Below are positions 36,838-49,285 of a DNA stretch of 64,000 nucleotides, piece by piece. The position numbers were made by a program, and so were the translations under genes. The stretch is from assembly GCA_030390025.1 (NCBI GenBank), contig JASTWF010000035.1, forward strand, positions 1-64,000, written 5' to 3'. The notes under the pieces are model-generated. The model was not told the DNA's origin. It was given only the letters and a program-made list of their open reading frames with translations, and ran no database searches. The DNA comes from Squalus acanthias. Its lineage: Eukaryota. The stretch's first letter is position 1. Every line of letters starts with the position of its first letter.

Positions 36838-37620
36838 TACAGCCATGGTCCAAACATGGACAAAAGAGCTAAATTCCTGAGATGAGGTGAGGTGAGAGTG
36901 ACTGCCCTTGACATCAAGGCTGCATTTGACCAAATGTGGCATCAAGGAGCCCGAGTAAAATTGAAGTCAATGGAAATCAGGGGAAAATGCTCCACTGGCT
37001 GGAGTCATACCTAGCACAACGGAAGATGGTTGTGGTTGTTGGAGGCCAATCATCTCAGCTCCAGGACATCACTGCAGGAGTTCCTCATCTACAAGGCACA
37101 AGTAAGGAGTGTGATGGAATACTCACCACTTGCCTGGATGAGTGCAGCTCCAACAGTACTCAAGAAGCTCGATACAATCCAGGACAAAGCAGCCCGCTTG
37201 ATTGGCACCCCATCCACCACCTTAACCATTCACTCCCTCCACCACCGGCGTACCGTGGCTGCAGTGTGTACCATCTACAAGATGCACTGCAGCAACTCAC
37301 CAAGGCTTCTTCGGCAGCACCTCCCAAACTTGCGGCCTCTTCCACCTAGAAGGACAAGGGCATCAGACACAGGGGAACACCACCACCTCCAAGTTCCCCT
37401 CCAAGTCACACACCATCCTGACTTGGAAGTATATCGCCGATCCTTCATCGTCGCTGGGTCAAAATCCTGGAACTCCCTCCCTAACAGTACTGTGGGAGTA
37501 CCTTCACCACATGGACTGCAGCGGTTCAAGAAGGCAGCTCACCACCACCTTCTCAAGGGCAACTGGGGATGGGCAATAAATGCTGGCCTTGCCAGCGACG
37601 CCCACATCCCATGAATGAAT
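36838..37620 (+). mobile_element. Second-family LINE 3' fragment with internal deletion
   Basis: Same family as 6660-9330; GVP fused directly to IYKAQVRS. Confidence 0.85.
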
Positions 37621-37914
37621 GCAAAAAATTCCCTTCTATATAACACCACCAATATAACCAGGGTTCTCCCGATCTCCTGCTGTAACCTCAGCGGAAGTTC
37701 AATGGAAATCTGAGGAACAGCAATGATCACTCGCCCCGCCGATCGCCCGCAGGAGTAACGGTGGGAGATCGGGAGAACTCTCACGGAAATTCTACCCTCT
37801 GTGTTAGCGAGAAAGGGAGCTGCCTGCTTATATATGGAGAAGTGTCGGGAAACCGGAATGAGTTAAACTCTGCTCTGTTCATTTTGTGTCTCATAAATAA
37901 AACTACTTAACGAA

Positions 37915-38365
37915 AGAAAGTCTTGCATTTCTATAGCGCCTTTCAAACCACCGGACGTTCCAAAGTGCTTTTCAGCCAATGAAGTACTTTTTGAAGTGGA
38001 GTCACTGTTGTAATGTAGGAAACGCGGCAGCCAATTTGCGCACAGCAAGCTCCCACAAACAGCAATGTGAAAATGACCAAATAATCTGTTTTGGTTAAGG
38101 GATAAATATTGGCCAGGACACCAGGGATAACTCCCCTATTCTTCTTTGAAATAGTGCCATGGGATCTTTTACGTCTACCTGAGAGAGCAGACGGGGCCTC
38201 GGTTTAACGTCTCATCTAAAAGACGGCACCTCTGACAGTGCGGCGCTGCCTCAGCACTGCACTGGAGTGTCAGCCTAGCTTTATGTGCTCAGGTTTCTGG
38301 AGTGGGACTCGAACCCACAACCTTCTGACTCAGAGGCCAGAGTGCTAGCAACTGAGCCACGGCTG
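37915..38365 (-). mobile_element. Full-length DeuSINE-type (SacSINE1/AmnSINE-like) SINE
   Basis: tRNA-like head (GGCTCAGTTG, GGTTCGAGTCC), Deu-like core, tail GCTGTGCGCAAATTGGCTGCCGCGTTTCC. Confidence 0.75.
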
Positions 38366-38421
38366 ACACATATTGCCTTCAGCCCATGTCTCCCGTCACT
38401 GAGAGTGTTTATTCAGTCAAA

Positions 38422-39800
38422 TTATTACTCTGGGTTCACAGTGCACTGTTTATTACTCTGGGTTCACAGTGCACTGTTTATTACTCTGGGTTCACAGTGC
38501 ACTGTTTATTACTCTGGGTTCACAGTGCACTGTTTATTATTCTGGGTTCACAGTGCACTGTTTGTTACTATGGTTTCAGGGTGCACTGTTTATTACTCTG
38601 GGTTCACAGTGCACTGTTTATTACTATGGTTTCAGTGTGCACTGTTTATTACTCTGGGTTCACAGTGCACTGTTTATTACTATGGTTTCAGGGTGCACTG
38701 TTTATTACTCTGGGTTCACAGTGTACTGTTTATTACTATGGTTTCAGGGTGCACTGTTTATTACTCTGGGTTCACAGTGCACTGTTTATTACTCTGGGTT
38801 CACAGTGCACTGTTTATTACTCTGGGTTCACAGTGCACTGTTTATTAGTCTGGGTTCGCAGTGCACTGTTTATTACTCTGGGTTCACAGTGCACTGTTTA
38901 TTGCTCTGGGTTCACAGTGCACTGTGTATTACTCTGGGTTCACAGTGCACTGTTTATTACTCTGGGTTCACAGTGCACTGTTTATTACTATGGTTTCAGG
39001 GTGCACTGTTTATTACTCTGGGTTCACAGTGTACTGTTTATTACTATGGTTTCAGGGTGCACTGTTTATTACTCTGGGTTCACAGTGCACTGTTTATTAG
39101 TCTGGGTTCACAGTGCACTGTTTATTACTCTGGGTTCACAGTGCACTGTTTATTGCTCTGGGTTCACAGTGCACTGTTTATTACTCTGGGTTCACAGTGC
39201 ACTGTTTATTACTCTGGGTTCACAGTGCACTGTTTATTACTCTGGGTTCACAGTGCACTGTTTATTGCTCTGGGTTCACAGTGCACTGTTTATTACTCTG
39301 GGTTCACAGTGCACTGTTTATTACTCTGGGTTCACAGTGCACTGTTTATTACTCTGGGTTCACAGTGCACTGTTTATTGCTCTGGGTTCACAGTGCACTG
39401 TTTATTACTCTGGGTTTACAGTGCACTGTTTATTAGTCTGGGTTCACAGTGCACTGTTTATTACTCTGGGTTCACAGTGCACTGTTTATTACTATGGTTT
39501 CAGGGTGCACTGTTTATTACTCTGGGTTCACAGTGCACTGTTTATTACTATGGTTTCAGGGTGCACTGTTTATTACTCTGGGTTCACAGTGTACTGTTTA
39601 TTACTATGGTTTCAGGGTGCACTGTTTATTACTCTGGGTTCACAGTGCACTGTTTATTGCTCTGGGTTCACAGTGCACTGTTTATTACTCTGGGTTCACA
39701 GTGCACTGTTTATTACTCTGGGTTCACAGTGCACTGTTTATTACTCTGGGTTCACAGTGCACTGTTTATTACTATGGTTTCAGGGTGCAGTGATTATTAC
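38422..39800. repeat. 28-bp minisatellite (TTATTACTCTGGGTTCACAGTGCACTGT)n
   Basis: About 49 units, two interspersed variants; internal 12-bp palindrome ACAGTGCACTGT. Confidence 0.95.
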
Positions 39801-40154
39801 TCCAGTTTCATGGTACGCTTATAGCAAACAAACGGAAATCAATCCCAGAGTTGGATCACCTTCAAACACCAGTCCCCGGCCTGCAGTGTCCGGCCTGCAG
39901 TGTCCGGCCCTTTCGCATTCACACAGGGGCCGGTCGCTGCTCCGATGCTGTGACTGACTGGCAGGTTAGTGTTAGCTTATTGGCCCCTAATAGGCTAAAT
40001 ATACATTGGGTTTTTACAGGATAATCCATATCCAGACCCCTTTAAATAATCTCGAGACCGAGGAACCACTGAAACATCTGAATAACGTTTTTATTCCTAT
40101 TCACCACTACCATGAGACCAGTGGGTCCCAAGAACCACTCACGTGAGCACTCAT

Positions 40155-40810
40155 AGCAACATAGGAACAGGAGGAGGCCATTCAGCCCTCGAGCCTGTTC
40201 CACCATTCAATGAGATCATGGCTGATCTGTGACCTAACTCCATCTACCCTTTGGTCCATATCCCTTAATACCTTTGGTTATCAAAAATCGATCAATTGAT
40301 CTAGCATCAATTGCCATTTGCGGAAGAGAGTTCCAAACTTCTGCCACCCTTCGGGGGAAAAATTCAGTATCGTCCCGTTTGGGGCGCAATTATCGGTCGG
40401 GCGCAAAGATTTATGCCTGGCGCTAATAATCATTTCCGAATGCAAACTTGACCTTTATCGCCCCTGTTTCCTAATTTCACTCCTGAAAGGTCTGGCTCCA
40501 ATTTTTAGACTATGCCCCCTAGTCCAGAATCCCCAACCAGCGGAAATAGTTTCTCTCTATCTACCCTATCAGTTCCCCTTAATATCTTGAAAACTTTGAT
40601 CAAATCATCCCTTAACCTTCTAAATTTAAGGGAATACAACCCTAATTTGTGTAATCTCTCCTCGTAATTTAACTTTTGAAGTCCGGGTATCATTCTGGTA
40701 AACCTAAGCTGCACTCCCTCCAAGGCCAGTATATCCTTCCTAAGGTGTGGTGCCCAGAACTGCTCTCAGTGCTCCAGGTGTGGTCTAACCAGGGCTTTGT
40801 ATCGCTGTTC
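40155..40810 (-). mobile_element. CR1 3' fragment with a small GC-rich insert (~40352-40465)
   Basis: EGVQLRFTRMIPG...; same family as 30430-30990. Confidence 0.8.
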
Positions 40811-40836
40811 TGAAGAAGAAAGGAGGAAGTTGAGGA

Positions 40837-41070
40837 ATGGAAGCGAGATGTGCAAAGGCTGCGCCCCGTTTCAATGATTCCGCCCTGGATGTGCTGCTGG
40901 GGGTTGTGAGGAGGGAGATACTATTCCCCAGCAATGAGAGGAAGAAACCGGCGGCACAAACCAAGATGGGGTGGTTGGAGGTTGCCGAGGAGGTCAGCAG
41001 CAGGAGCGCAGTGCCACGCTCCTGGATGCAGCACAGGAAGCTCTTTAATGACCTAACCATGTCAGAAAAG
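40837..41070 (+). mobile_element. Harbinger-like Myb/SANT domain exon fragment
   Basis: APRFNDSALDVLL...WLEVAEEVSS...RSWMQHRKLFNDL followed by a GT donor; homologous to 28400-28640. Confidence 0.7.
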
Positions 41071-41174
41071 GTGTGTACAGTGGCACATTAACCTGCATCC
41101 TGCTGTGTGCATCACCCCACCCACTCACTCTGCCTTCTCAAGCCTACTCCAGCACATCACTCCTCATACCCCTT

Positions 41175-42596
41175 GACTTAGATAAGATTATGTCCCCTAG
41201 TTCTAGTTTCACCCATCATTGGGAACATCCTCACCGCGTCCACCCGATCAAGCCCCTTCACAATCTTATATGTTTCAATAAGATCACCTCTCATTCTTCT
41301 GAACTCCAATGAGTAGAGTCCAATCTACTCAACCTCTCCTCGTATGTCCACCCCCTCATCCCCGGAATTAACCGAGTGAACCTTCTTTGTACTGCCTCGA
41401 GAGCAAGTATGTCTTTTCTTAAGTATGGACACCAAAACTGTATGCAGTACTCCAGGTGCGGTCTCACCAATACCCTATACAACTGCAGCAATACCTCCCT
41501 GTTTTTATATTCTATCCCCCTAGCAATAAAAGCCAACATTCCATTGGCTTTCTTGATCACCTGCTGCACCTGCATACTAACTTTTTGATTTTCTTGCACC
41601 AAGACCCCCAGATCCCTTTGTACTGCAGTACTTTCCAGTTTCTCGCCATTAAGATAATAACTTGCTCTCTGATTTTTCCTGCCAAAGTGCATAACCTCAC
41701 ATTTTCCAATATTGTATTGCATCTGCCAAATCTCTGCCCACTCACCCAGCCTGTCTATATCCCCTTCTAGGTTTTTTATGTCCTCCTCACTCTCTACTTT
41801 CCCTCCCATCTTTGTATCATCTGCAAACTTTGATATGTTACACTCGGTCCCCTCCTCCAAATCGTTAATATAGATTGTAAAGAGTTGGGGACCCAGCACC
41901 GACCCCTGCGGAACACCACTGGCTACTGGTTGCCAGTTCGAGAATGAACCATTTATCCCAACTCTCTGCTTCCTGTTAAATAACCAATCCCCCACCCATG
42001 CCAGAATATTACCCCCAATCCAGTGATTTTTTATCTTGAGTAATAATCTTTTATCTGGCACCTTGTCGAATGCCTTCTGGAAGTCTAAATACACTACATC
42101 CACTGGTTCCCCTTTATCCACCCTGTACGTTATGTCCTCAAAGAACTCGAGCAAATTTGTCAGACATGACTTCCCCTTCATAAAACCATGCTGACTTTGT
42201 CCTATTAAATTATGTTTATCTAAATGTTCCATTACTGTCTCCTTAATAATAGACTCCAAAATTTTACCCACCACAGATGTTAGGCTATCTGGTCTATAAT
42301 TTCCAGCCTTCTGCCTATAACCCTTTTTAAATAAGGGTGTTACATTAGCAGTTTTCTAATCTGCCGGGACCTTTGCTGAGTTCAGGGAGTTTTGGAAAAT
42401 TATTACCAAAGCATCCACAATTCCTACTGCTACTTCCCTCAAGACCCTAGGATGTAAGCCATCAGGTCCAGGGGATTTATCCGCCTTGAGTCCCATTATT
42501 TTACTGAGTACCAATTCCTTAGTGATTTTAATCGTATTTAGCTCCTCCCCCACTAGAGCCCCCTGTTTGTCCAGTGTTGGGATATTCTTAGTGTCC
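41175..42596 (-). mobile_element. CR1 LINE RT fragment, same subfamily as 61178-62850
   Basis: Near-identical overlap (GEELNTIKITKELVLSKIMGLKADKSPGPD). Confidence 0.92.
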
Positions 42597-43564
42597 TACA
42601 TAAGAACATAAGAACATAAGAAATAGGAGCAGGAGTAGGCCAATCAGCCCCTCAAGCCTGCTCCGCCATTCAATAAGATCATGGCTGATCTGATCCTAAC
42701 CGCCAATCTACTATCTATCACAGAACCATCTCCTGCATCTAACAGAATTGCACACACGAAATAGGAGCAGAATCATGCTACACGGTCCCTGGGCCCGCTC
42801 CACTACCCACAGGGCCATGACCGATCCGAACCTAGACTGATGTCCAAATTCCTGCCCGCTCCCCGTAACCCTTAATGCCCTACTCCAGGTTCCCCTCCAA
42901 GTCACACACCATCCTGACTTGGAAATATATCGCCGATCCTTCATCGTCGCTGGGTCAAAATCTGGAACTCCCTCCCTAACAGCACTGTGGGAGTACCTTC
43001 AACACACGGACTGCAGCGGTTCAAGAAGGCAGCTCACCACCACCTTCTCAAGGGCAATTAGGGATGGGTAATAAATGCTGGCCTTGCCAGCGACGCCCAC
43101 ATCCCAGGAAAATGTTTCTAAAAAGGGAGTGTGGAAGTGTGGATAGGAAGTTGGTTAAAGGAGAGAAAACAGAGAATAATGGCTAATAGGTGTTTGTTGG
43201 ACTGGAGGGATGTAAATAGTGGTGTTCTCCGGGGTTCAGTGTTGGGACCATTGTTCTTAATAATTGATTTGCAGACGGCACATCAATAGGTAGGGTGGTT
43301 ATCTGTGAAAAGGGCGGTAAGTGACTTCAGGAGGACTGATAGATTAATGTGGAGAAATGTAAGGTGATGGATTTTGGGAGGAAGATGAAGGAGAGGAAAT
43401 ATACACTAAATGGGAAACCATTGAAAGGAGTAGAGGAGCAGAGAGACTTGGGGTTCAGACGTATAAAAGTGGGAAGACAAGTTGATAAAGTTCTCAGAAA
43501 TTCAAGATCCCAAGTTTTACAAGTAGGAATTGAGATTTCAAAAACCTATGGAATGCACTGCCTG

Positions 43565-44140
43565 GGATGGGCGGTCGGAGCGGGGACAGGGAGCAGGATG
43601 GGATGGGAGAGGGGGAGGGGTGAGGGAATGGGATGGGATGGGAGGTCGGGGAGGGGTGAGGGAGCGGGATGGGATGGGATGGGAGGTCGGGGCGGGGGGA
43701 GGGGGGAGGGAATGGGATGGGAGGACGGGGAGGGTTTAGGGAGCAGGATGGGATGGGATGGGAGGTCGGGGCGGGGGGAGGGAGTGGGATGGGATGGGAG
43801 GACGGGGAGGAGTGAGGGAGCGGGATGGGAAGGTGAGATGGGGGAGGGAGCGGGATGGGAGGTGGGAGCGGGGGGAGGGAGCGAGATGGGATGGGAGGTG
43901 GGGGCGGGGGGAGGAAGCAGGATGGGATGGGATGGGTGGGGGCGGGGGGAGGGAGCAGGATGGGATGGGATGGGAGGTGGGGGAGGGAGCGGGATGGGAT
44001 GGGAGGTGGGGGTGGGGGGAGGGAGCGGGATGGGATGGGATGGGTGGGGGTGGGGGTGGGGGGAGGGAGCAGGATGGGATGGGATGGGAGGTGGGGGAGG
44101 GAGCGGGATGGGATGGGAGGTGAGAGAGGGAGCGGGGATA
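43565..44140. repeat. G-rich (GGGAT/GGGGGA) low-complexity tract, G-quadruplex-prone
   Basis: Dense GGG runs by inspection. Confidence 0.9.
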
Positions 44141-44230
44141 CGTTGGCAGTTGTTATTACGAGGCCCCACAAGGCCCACTTGCCTTCTTAAGGCAATAAAT
44201 GCCCGTGTTACGCACATCCCAAGAACGCAT

Positions 44231-44440
44231 TAAAAAAACTGCGGATGCTGGAAATCTGAAATAACAGAAAATGCTGGAAACACTCAGCAGGTCAGGCAGC
44301 ATCGAGGAGAGAGAAACGGAGTTAACGTTTCGAGTCGAACCGAATCTGTTGAATGGTTCGACCCGAAACGTTGACTCTGTTTCTCTCTCCTCGATGCTGC
44401 CTGACCTGCTGAGTGTTTCCAGCATTTTCTGTTGTTATTT
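44231..44440. mobile_element. Penelope pLTR-derived palindrome
   Basis: ~80-bp near-perfect inverted arms matching the Penelope end at 4570-4677 / 12100-12177. Confidence 0.8.
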
Positions 44441-44706
44441 TTATAAAACTTTTAGTGTGCACTTGCTGCAGAGGGACGTGGGATTTAAGGTGATGGTCCC
44501 CTTCTCAGGACTCTGCATGATCCCCATTTCTGTGACATTGCCCCTTTAACAAATCTAAACTTTCTTTGCAGTTCATAAACAATAGTTTGAGATCCAAAAA
44601 AAGTTTCCAAACAAGTTACCGGTCAAACCGGTATGTTTGGAAAATATTCAAAGTACAATCAGTTGGACTCTGCACTCTTTGCCTCAGTTGAAATAATCCT
44701 GGCATC

Positions 44707-44884
44707 ATGGAGCTGTCTCTGCTCACCTCCCTGCTCATTTCACTCGCCTCTCACCCTGTTTGGCTCATCGTTTCAGTCGTCCTGTATCTCGTTGTCCGGT
44801 TGCAAAGGAGAAGATGGTGGAGACCGAGAGAGTGTCCAGTGGATCTCACTGGGAAAACGGCCATTGTCACTGGAGCTAACACAG
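44707..44884 (+). CDS. RDH-like SDR, copy B, exon 1 (signal-anchor + TGANTG)
   Basis: ATG in GGCATCATGG context, hydrophobic N-terminus, VDLTGKTAIVTGANT(G), GTAAG donor in phase with exon 2. Confidence 0.93.
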
Positions 44885-44894
44885 GTAAGAGTCT

Positions 44895-45145
44895 GCAGCA
44901 GTTTGGCTCAGTCAGTAACACTCCCCCTCCCTCTGAATCAGAAGGTCACGGGCTCAAGCCCCACTCGAGAGCTTCAGCCCCATAATCCAGGCTGACCTTT
45001 CAGTGCAGTACGGAGGGAGTGCTGCATTGGCAGAGGTGCCATCTTTCGGATGAGACATTAAACCGATGCCCTGTCGCTGGTTCAGGTGGGTGTTAAAGAT
45101 CCCATGACAATATTGGATGAAGAGCAGGGCCAACAATCTCCCCTC
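44895..45145 (+). mobile_element. DeuSINE-type SINE (3'-truncated)
   Basis: GGCTCAGTCAGT A-box-like, Deu-like core; homologous to 37915-38365. Confidence 0.65.
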
Positions 45146-45379
45146 AATAAAAACCTTCAAATGCCTGGCATTAAACTCAACAAAACGTATCCCAGCGTTT
45201 GGAAACGAAAGCTGTGATGAAATTTCCCTTGTCTGTGCCTGCCCAGACCAGTGCAAAACTCAATCTGCTGGATCAGTTACTGGGCAACAAGTCTGAAGCA
45301 TTCTCCAGGGTGCACAGACTGGAAAATTCATTATAATACAAAATTCAAAAGCCTTTGGAATACTGAAAGTGCTATAGAT

Positions 45380-45870
45380 GTAAAGGAGGAGGTTTACCAG
45401 GATGTTACCAGGGATCAGGGACTTCAGTTATGAGGAGAGGTTGGAAAGGTTTGGACTGTTCTCCTTGGAACAGAGAAGGTCAAGAGGTGACCTGATCGAG
45501 GTTTTTCAAGATGTTGACAGTTTTTGAGAGAGTAAATAGAGAAAAACTATTCCCTCTGGCAAGTAGGTCAATAACCAGAGGTCCTAGATTCAACATCATT
45601 GGCAAAAGATCGAGAGGGAGATGAGGAGAAATGTTTTCACTCGGAGAGTTATTGGGATCTGGAACGCTCGACCTGAAAAGGTGGTGGAAGCTGATTCCAT
45701 CAATAATTTTAAAGGGGAGTTGGACGGGTTCTTGAGGATGAGGAACTTACAGGGTTCCAGACAAAATGCGGGGTTGTGGGACTAAGCACGACGTCTCTTT
45801 CACAGAGCCAGCACAGGCACGACGGGCCGAAGGGTTTCCTCCTGTGCTGTAAGTTTCAATGATTCTATGA
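45380..45870 (+). mobile_element. Older CR1 3' fragment
   Basis: RRFTRMLPG / RGDLIEVF-like sequence, decayed. Confidence 0.7.
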
Positions 45871-45999
45871 TAAAGAAAGACTTACATAAGAACATAAGAA
45901 ATAGGAGCAGGAGTCGGCCATTCGAACCCTCGAGCCTGCTCCGCCATTCAATGAGATCATGGCTGATCCGATTTTGCCCTCAACTCCACTTTCCTGTCC

Positions 46000-47970
46000 G
46001 AGGGATGTTGTAAGGAGAGAGGGAGGGGAGGATGTTGTAAAGAGAGAGAGCGAGGGAGGGATGTTGTAAAGGGAGAGAGAGAGGGAGGGATGTTGTAAAG
46101 AGAGACGGAGGGATGTTGTAAAGAGAGAGAGAGAGGGAGGGATGTTGTAAAGAGAGACGGAGGGATGTTGTAAAGAGAGAGAGAGGGAGGGATGTTGTAA
46201 AGGGAGAGAGGGAGGGAGGGATGTTGTAAAGAGAGAGGGAGGGGAGGATGTTGTAAAGAGAGAGAGGGAGGGATGTTGTAAGGAGAGAGGGAGGGATGTT
46301 GTAAGGAGAGAGGGAGGGGAGGATGTTGTTAAGAGAGAGAGGGAGGGATGTTGTAAGGAGAGAGGGAGGGATGTTGTAGAGAGAGAGAGGGATGTTGTAA
46401 AGGAGAGAGGGAGGGAGGGATGTTGTAAAGAGAGAGAGGGAGGGGAGGTTGTTGTAAACAGAGAGAGGGAGGGATGTTGTAAAGAGAGAGAGGGAGGGAT
46501 GTTGTAAAGGAAAGAGAGGGGGAGGGATTTTGTAAAGGAGAGAGGGAGGGAGGGATGTTGTAAAGGAGAGAGAGGGGGAGGGATGTTGTAAAGGAGAGAG
46601 GGAGGGAGGGATGTTGTAAAGGAGAGAGAGGGGGAGGGATGTTGTAAAGGAGAGAGAGAGAGGGATGTTGTAAAGGAGAGAGAGGGAGGGATGGTGTAAA
46701 GGAGAGAGGGAGGCATGCATAGGAGAGAGAGAGGGAGGGATGTTGTAAGGAGAGAGGGAGAGATGTTGTAAAGAGAGAGAGAGAGAGGGAGGGATGTAGA
46801 GAGAGAGAGAGAGGGATGTAAAGGAGAGAGAGGGATGTTGTAAAGGAGAGAGAGAGAGGGATGTTGTAAAGGAGAGAGAGAGAGGGATGTTGTAAAGGAG
46901 AGAGGGAGGAATGTTCTAAAGGAGAGAGAGAGGGATGTTGTAAAGGAGAGAGAGAGGGATGTTGTAAAGGAGAGAGAGAGAGGGATGTTGTAAAGGAGAG
47001 AGAGAGAGAGAGGGATGTTGTAAAGGAGAGAGAGAGAGGGATGTTGTAAAGGAGAGAGAGAGAGAGATGTTGTAAAGGAGAGAGAGAGAGAGGGATGTTG
47101 TAAAGGAGAGAGAGGGATGTTGTAAAGGAGAGAGGGAGGGATGTTCTAAAGGAGAGAGAGAGAGAGAGAGAGAGTGATGTTGTAAAGGAGAGAGAGAGAG
47201 ATGGATGTTGTAAAGAAGAGAGAGAGGGATGTTGTAAAGGAGAGAGAGAGGGATGTTGTAAAGGAGAGAGAGAGAGGGATGTTGTAAAGGAGAGAGAGGG
47301 AGAGAGGGATGTTGTAAAGGAGAGAGAGAGAGGGATGTTGTAAAGGAGAGAGAGAGAGGGATGTTGTAAAGGAGAGAGAGAGAGAGAGGGATGTTGTAAA
47401 GGAGAGAGAGAGAGAGGGATGTTGTAAAGAAGAGAGAGAGGGATGTTGTAAAGGAGAGAGAGAGGGATGTTCTAAAGGAGAGAGAGAGAGAGAGAGTGAT
47501 GTTGTAAAGAAGAGAGAGAGGGATGTTGTAAAGGAGAGAGAGAGGGATGTTGTAAAGGAGAGAGAGAGGGATGTTGTAAAGGAGAGAGAGAGGGATGTTG
47601 TAAAGGAGAGAGAGAGGGATGTTGTAAAGGAGAGAGAGGGATGTTGTAAAGGAGAGAGAGAGAGGGATGTTGTAAAGGAGAGAGAGAGGGATGTTGTAAA
47701 GGAGAGAGAGAGAGGGATGTTGTAAAGGAGAGAGAGAGAGAGGGATGTTGTAAAGGAGAGAGAGAGAGGGATGTTGTAAAGGAGAGAGAGAGAGGGATGT
47801 TGTAAAGGAGAGAGAGAGAGGGATGTTGTAAAGGAGAGAGAGAGAGGGATGTTGTAAAGGAGAGAGAGAGGGATGTTGTAAAGGAGAGAGAGAGAGGGAT
47901 GTTGTAAAGGAGAGAGAGAGAGGGGGATGTTGTAAAGTAGAGAGAGAGAGGGGGATGTTGTAAAGGAGGA
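46000..47970. repeat. GA-rich minisatellite, copy B paralog
   Basis: Same unit as 1100-2240. Confidence 0.95.
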
Positions 47971-48185
47971 GTCCCCCCTCATAGAATCATTAGTACAGCA
48001 CAGGAGGCCATTCGGCCCATCGAGTCTGCGCCGGCTCTTTCGAAGAGCAATCCAGTCAGTCCCACTCCCGCTCTTTCCCCATATCCCTGCAGTTTTTTCT
48101 CCTTCCAGTATTTAGCCAGTTCCCTAAAGGAAAAGCGTTGTGTTTTGGAGCTTCATTGCCGTGAGCCTTTTTCCTGTGTGCCCAG

Positions 48186-48425
48186 GGATCGGGAGGTACA
48201 TCGCTCAGGACTTTGCCCAGAGAAATGCTCGTGTGATCCTGGCCTGCCGTAGTTTGCAGCGAGGACAGAGAGCGGAGCGAGAGATACGGCGCAGGACGGG
48301 GAACAGTAACGTTCACCTGCGCATTCTGGACACCAGCTCCATGGAATCGGTGAGGAACTTCACGGAGCGGATTAAGAAGGAGGAGAAACGGCTGGATATC
48401 CTTGTAAATAACGCAGCCACTGCAG
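48186..48425 (+). CDS. RDH-like SDR, copy B, exon 2
   Basis: Protein identical to copy A exon 2 except NNAG to NNAA; splice sites intact. Confidence 0.92.
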
Positions 48426-48645
48426 GTAATGTGCAACAGTGTAGAATAGGGTTTTAATAGGATTGCTTATAAAAATACTTTATTGAAATAGAAGTAAATA
48501 AGGAACATTTTCAATGCAAAATAGATGAATGTAAAGAACATCATAACCTGTATTCCTATAGGTCGCCTCAGCTGTAGGGAGATCATTATGTTAAGGAGAA
48601 TAATTAGTTAATATCGTGTGACACGGCCACATCAAATCAACATTT

Positions 48646-48929
48646 TGTTGAGGCTGCCGCGAACCACGAATGGAGGCTGAATCCATATGTGGAAAACAAG
48701 AAACTTTTATTCACTGCATGGCACACAAAATGGCTGAGAAAGCTGCTCCCAGAATTCTCTGGAAAAACTCCCAGTATTCTCTGGAAAAACTCCCAGAATT
48801 CTCTGTGTAAAACCTGAGGCCCCGCCCCCTTCTGCCTTAAAGGTAAGGTGCCTGAAAGGGGAAGGTGCTGGAAATTTGTCCACAGACGGAAGAGTGGATT
48901 ATGCCCATTTTAGGTGGTGATCCGCCACA
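48646..48929 (-). mobile_element. Gypsy 3' LTR
   Basis: TG...CA; adjacent reverse-complement PPT (GGGGGGAG); carries a 22-bp internal duplication absent from the 5' LTR. Confidence 0.92.
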
Positions 48930-48989
48930 CAGCTCCCCCCAGAATCCATTTAGGAGGTGTGGACGAGACGGTGCGACGGTCTGATGGGC

Positions 48990-49281
48990 TGGCCAGAGCG
49001 GCTCTTGTAGGACGCCGGTGGATGTGGAACGGCCGGGCGTGGAGCAGCCGGGTGAACCGGCTTGAGGGCAGGTCGGCCGCGTGGAGGTGGACGAGCTACA
49101 GCGACCTTTCCCCGGGCTCCGAGTGTGCTGGCTTGAGTCGGTCCACCGACACTTTTTCGGTCCTGTCGCCCACTTGCAGGGTGAAAAATTTGTCCCCAGC
49201 CTGTAGCACCTTGTAGGGCCCATCGTACGGGGGTTGAAGGGGTCCGCGGTGGGCGTCGTGCCGGACGAAAACAAACCGTGC
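48990..49281 (-). pseudogene. Gypsy integrase C-terminus (GPY/F motif), cut off by ERV-2
   Basis: HQ|ARFVFVRHDAHRGPLQPPYDGPYKV...VSVDRLKPA continues VPLSLHQ at 58543. Confidence 0.9.
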
Positions 49282-49285
49282 CTGG

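Noticed and set aside
37660..37797. 15-bp inverted repeat (GTTCTCCCGATCTCC / GGAGATCGGGAGAAC) as a structured RNA
   Set aside because: Most simply a MITE remnant; no further support.
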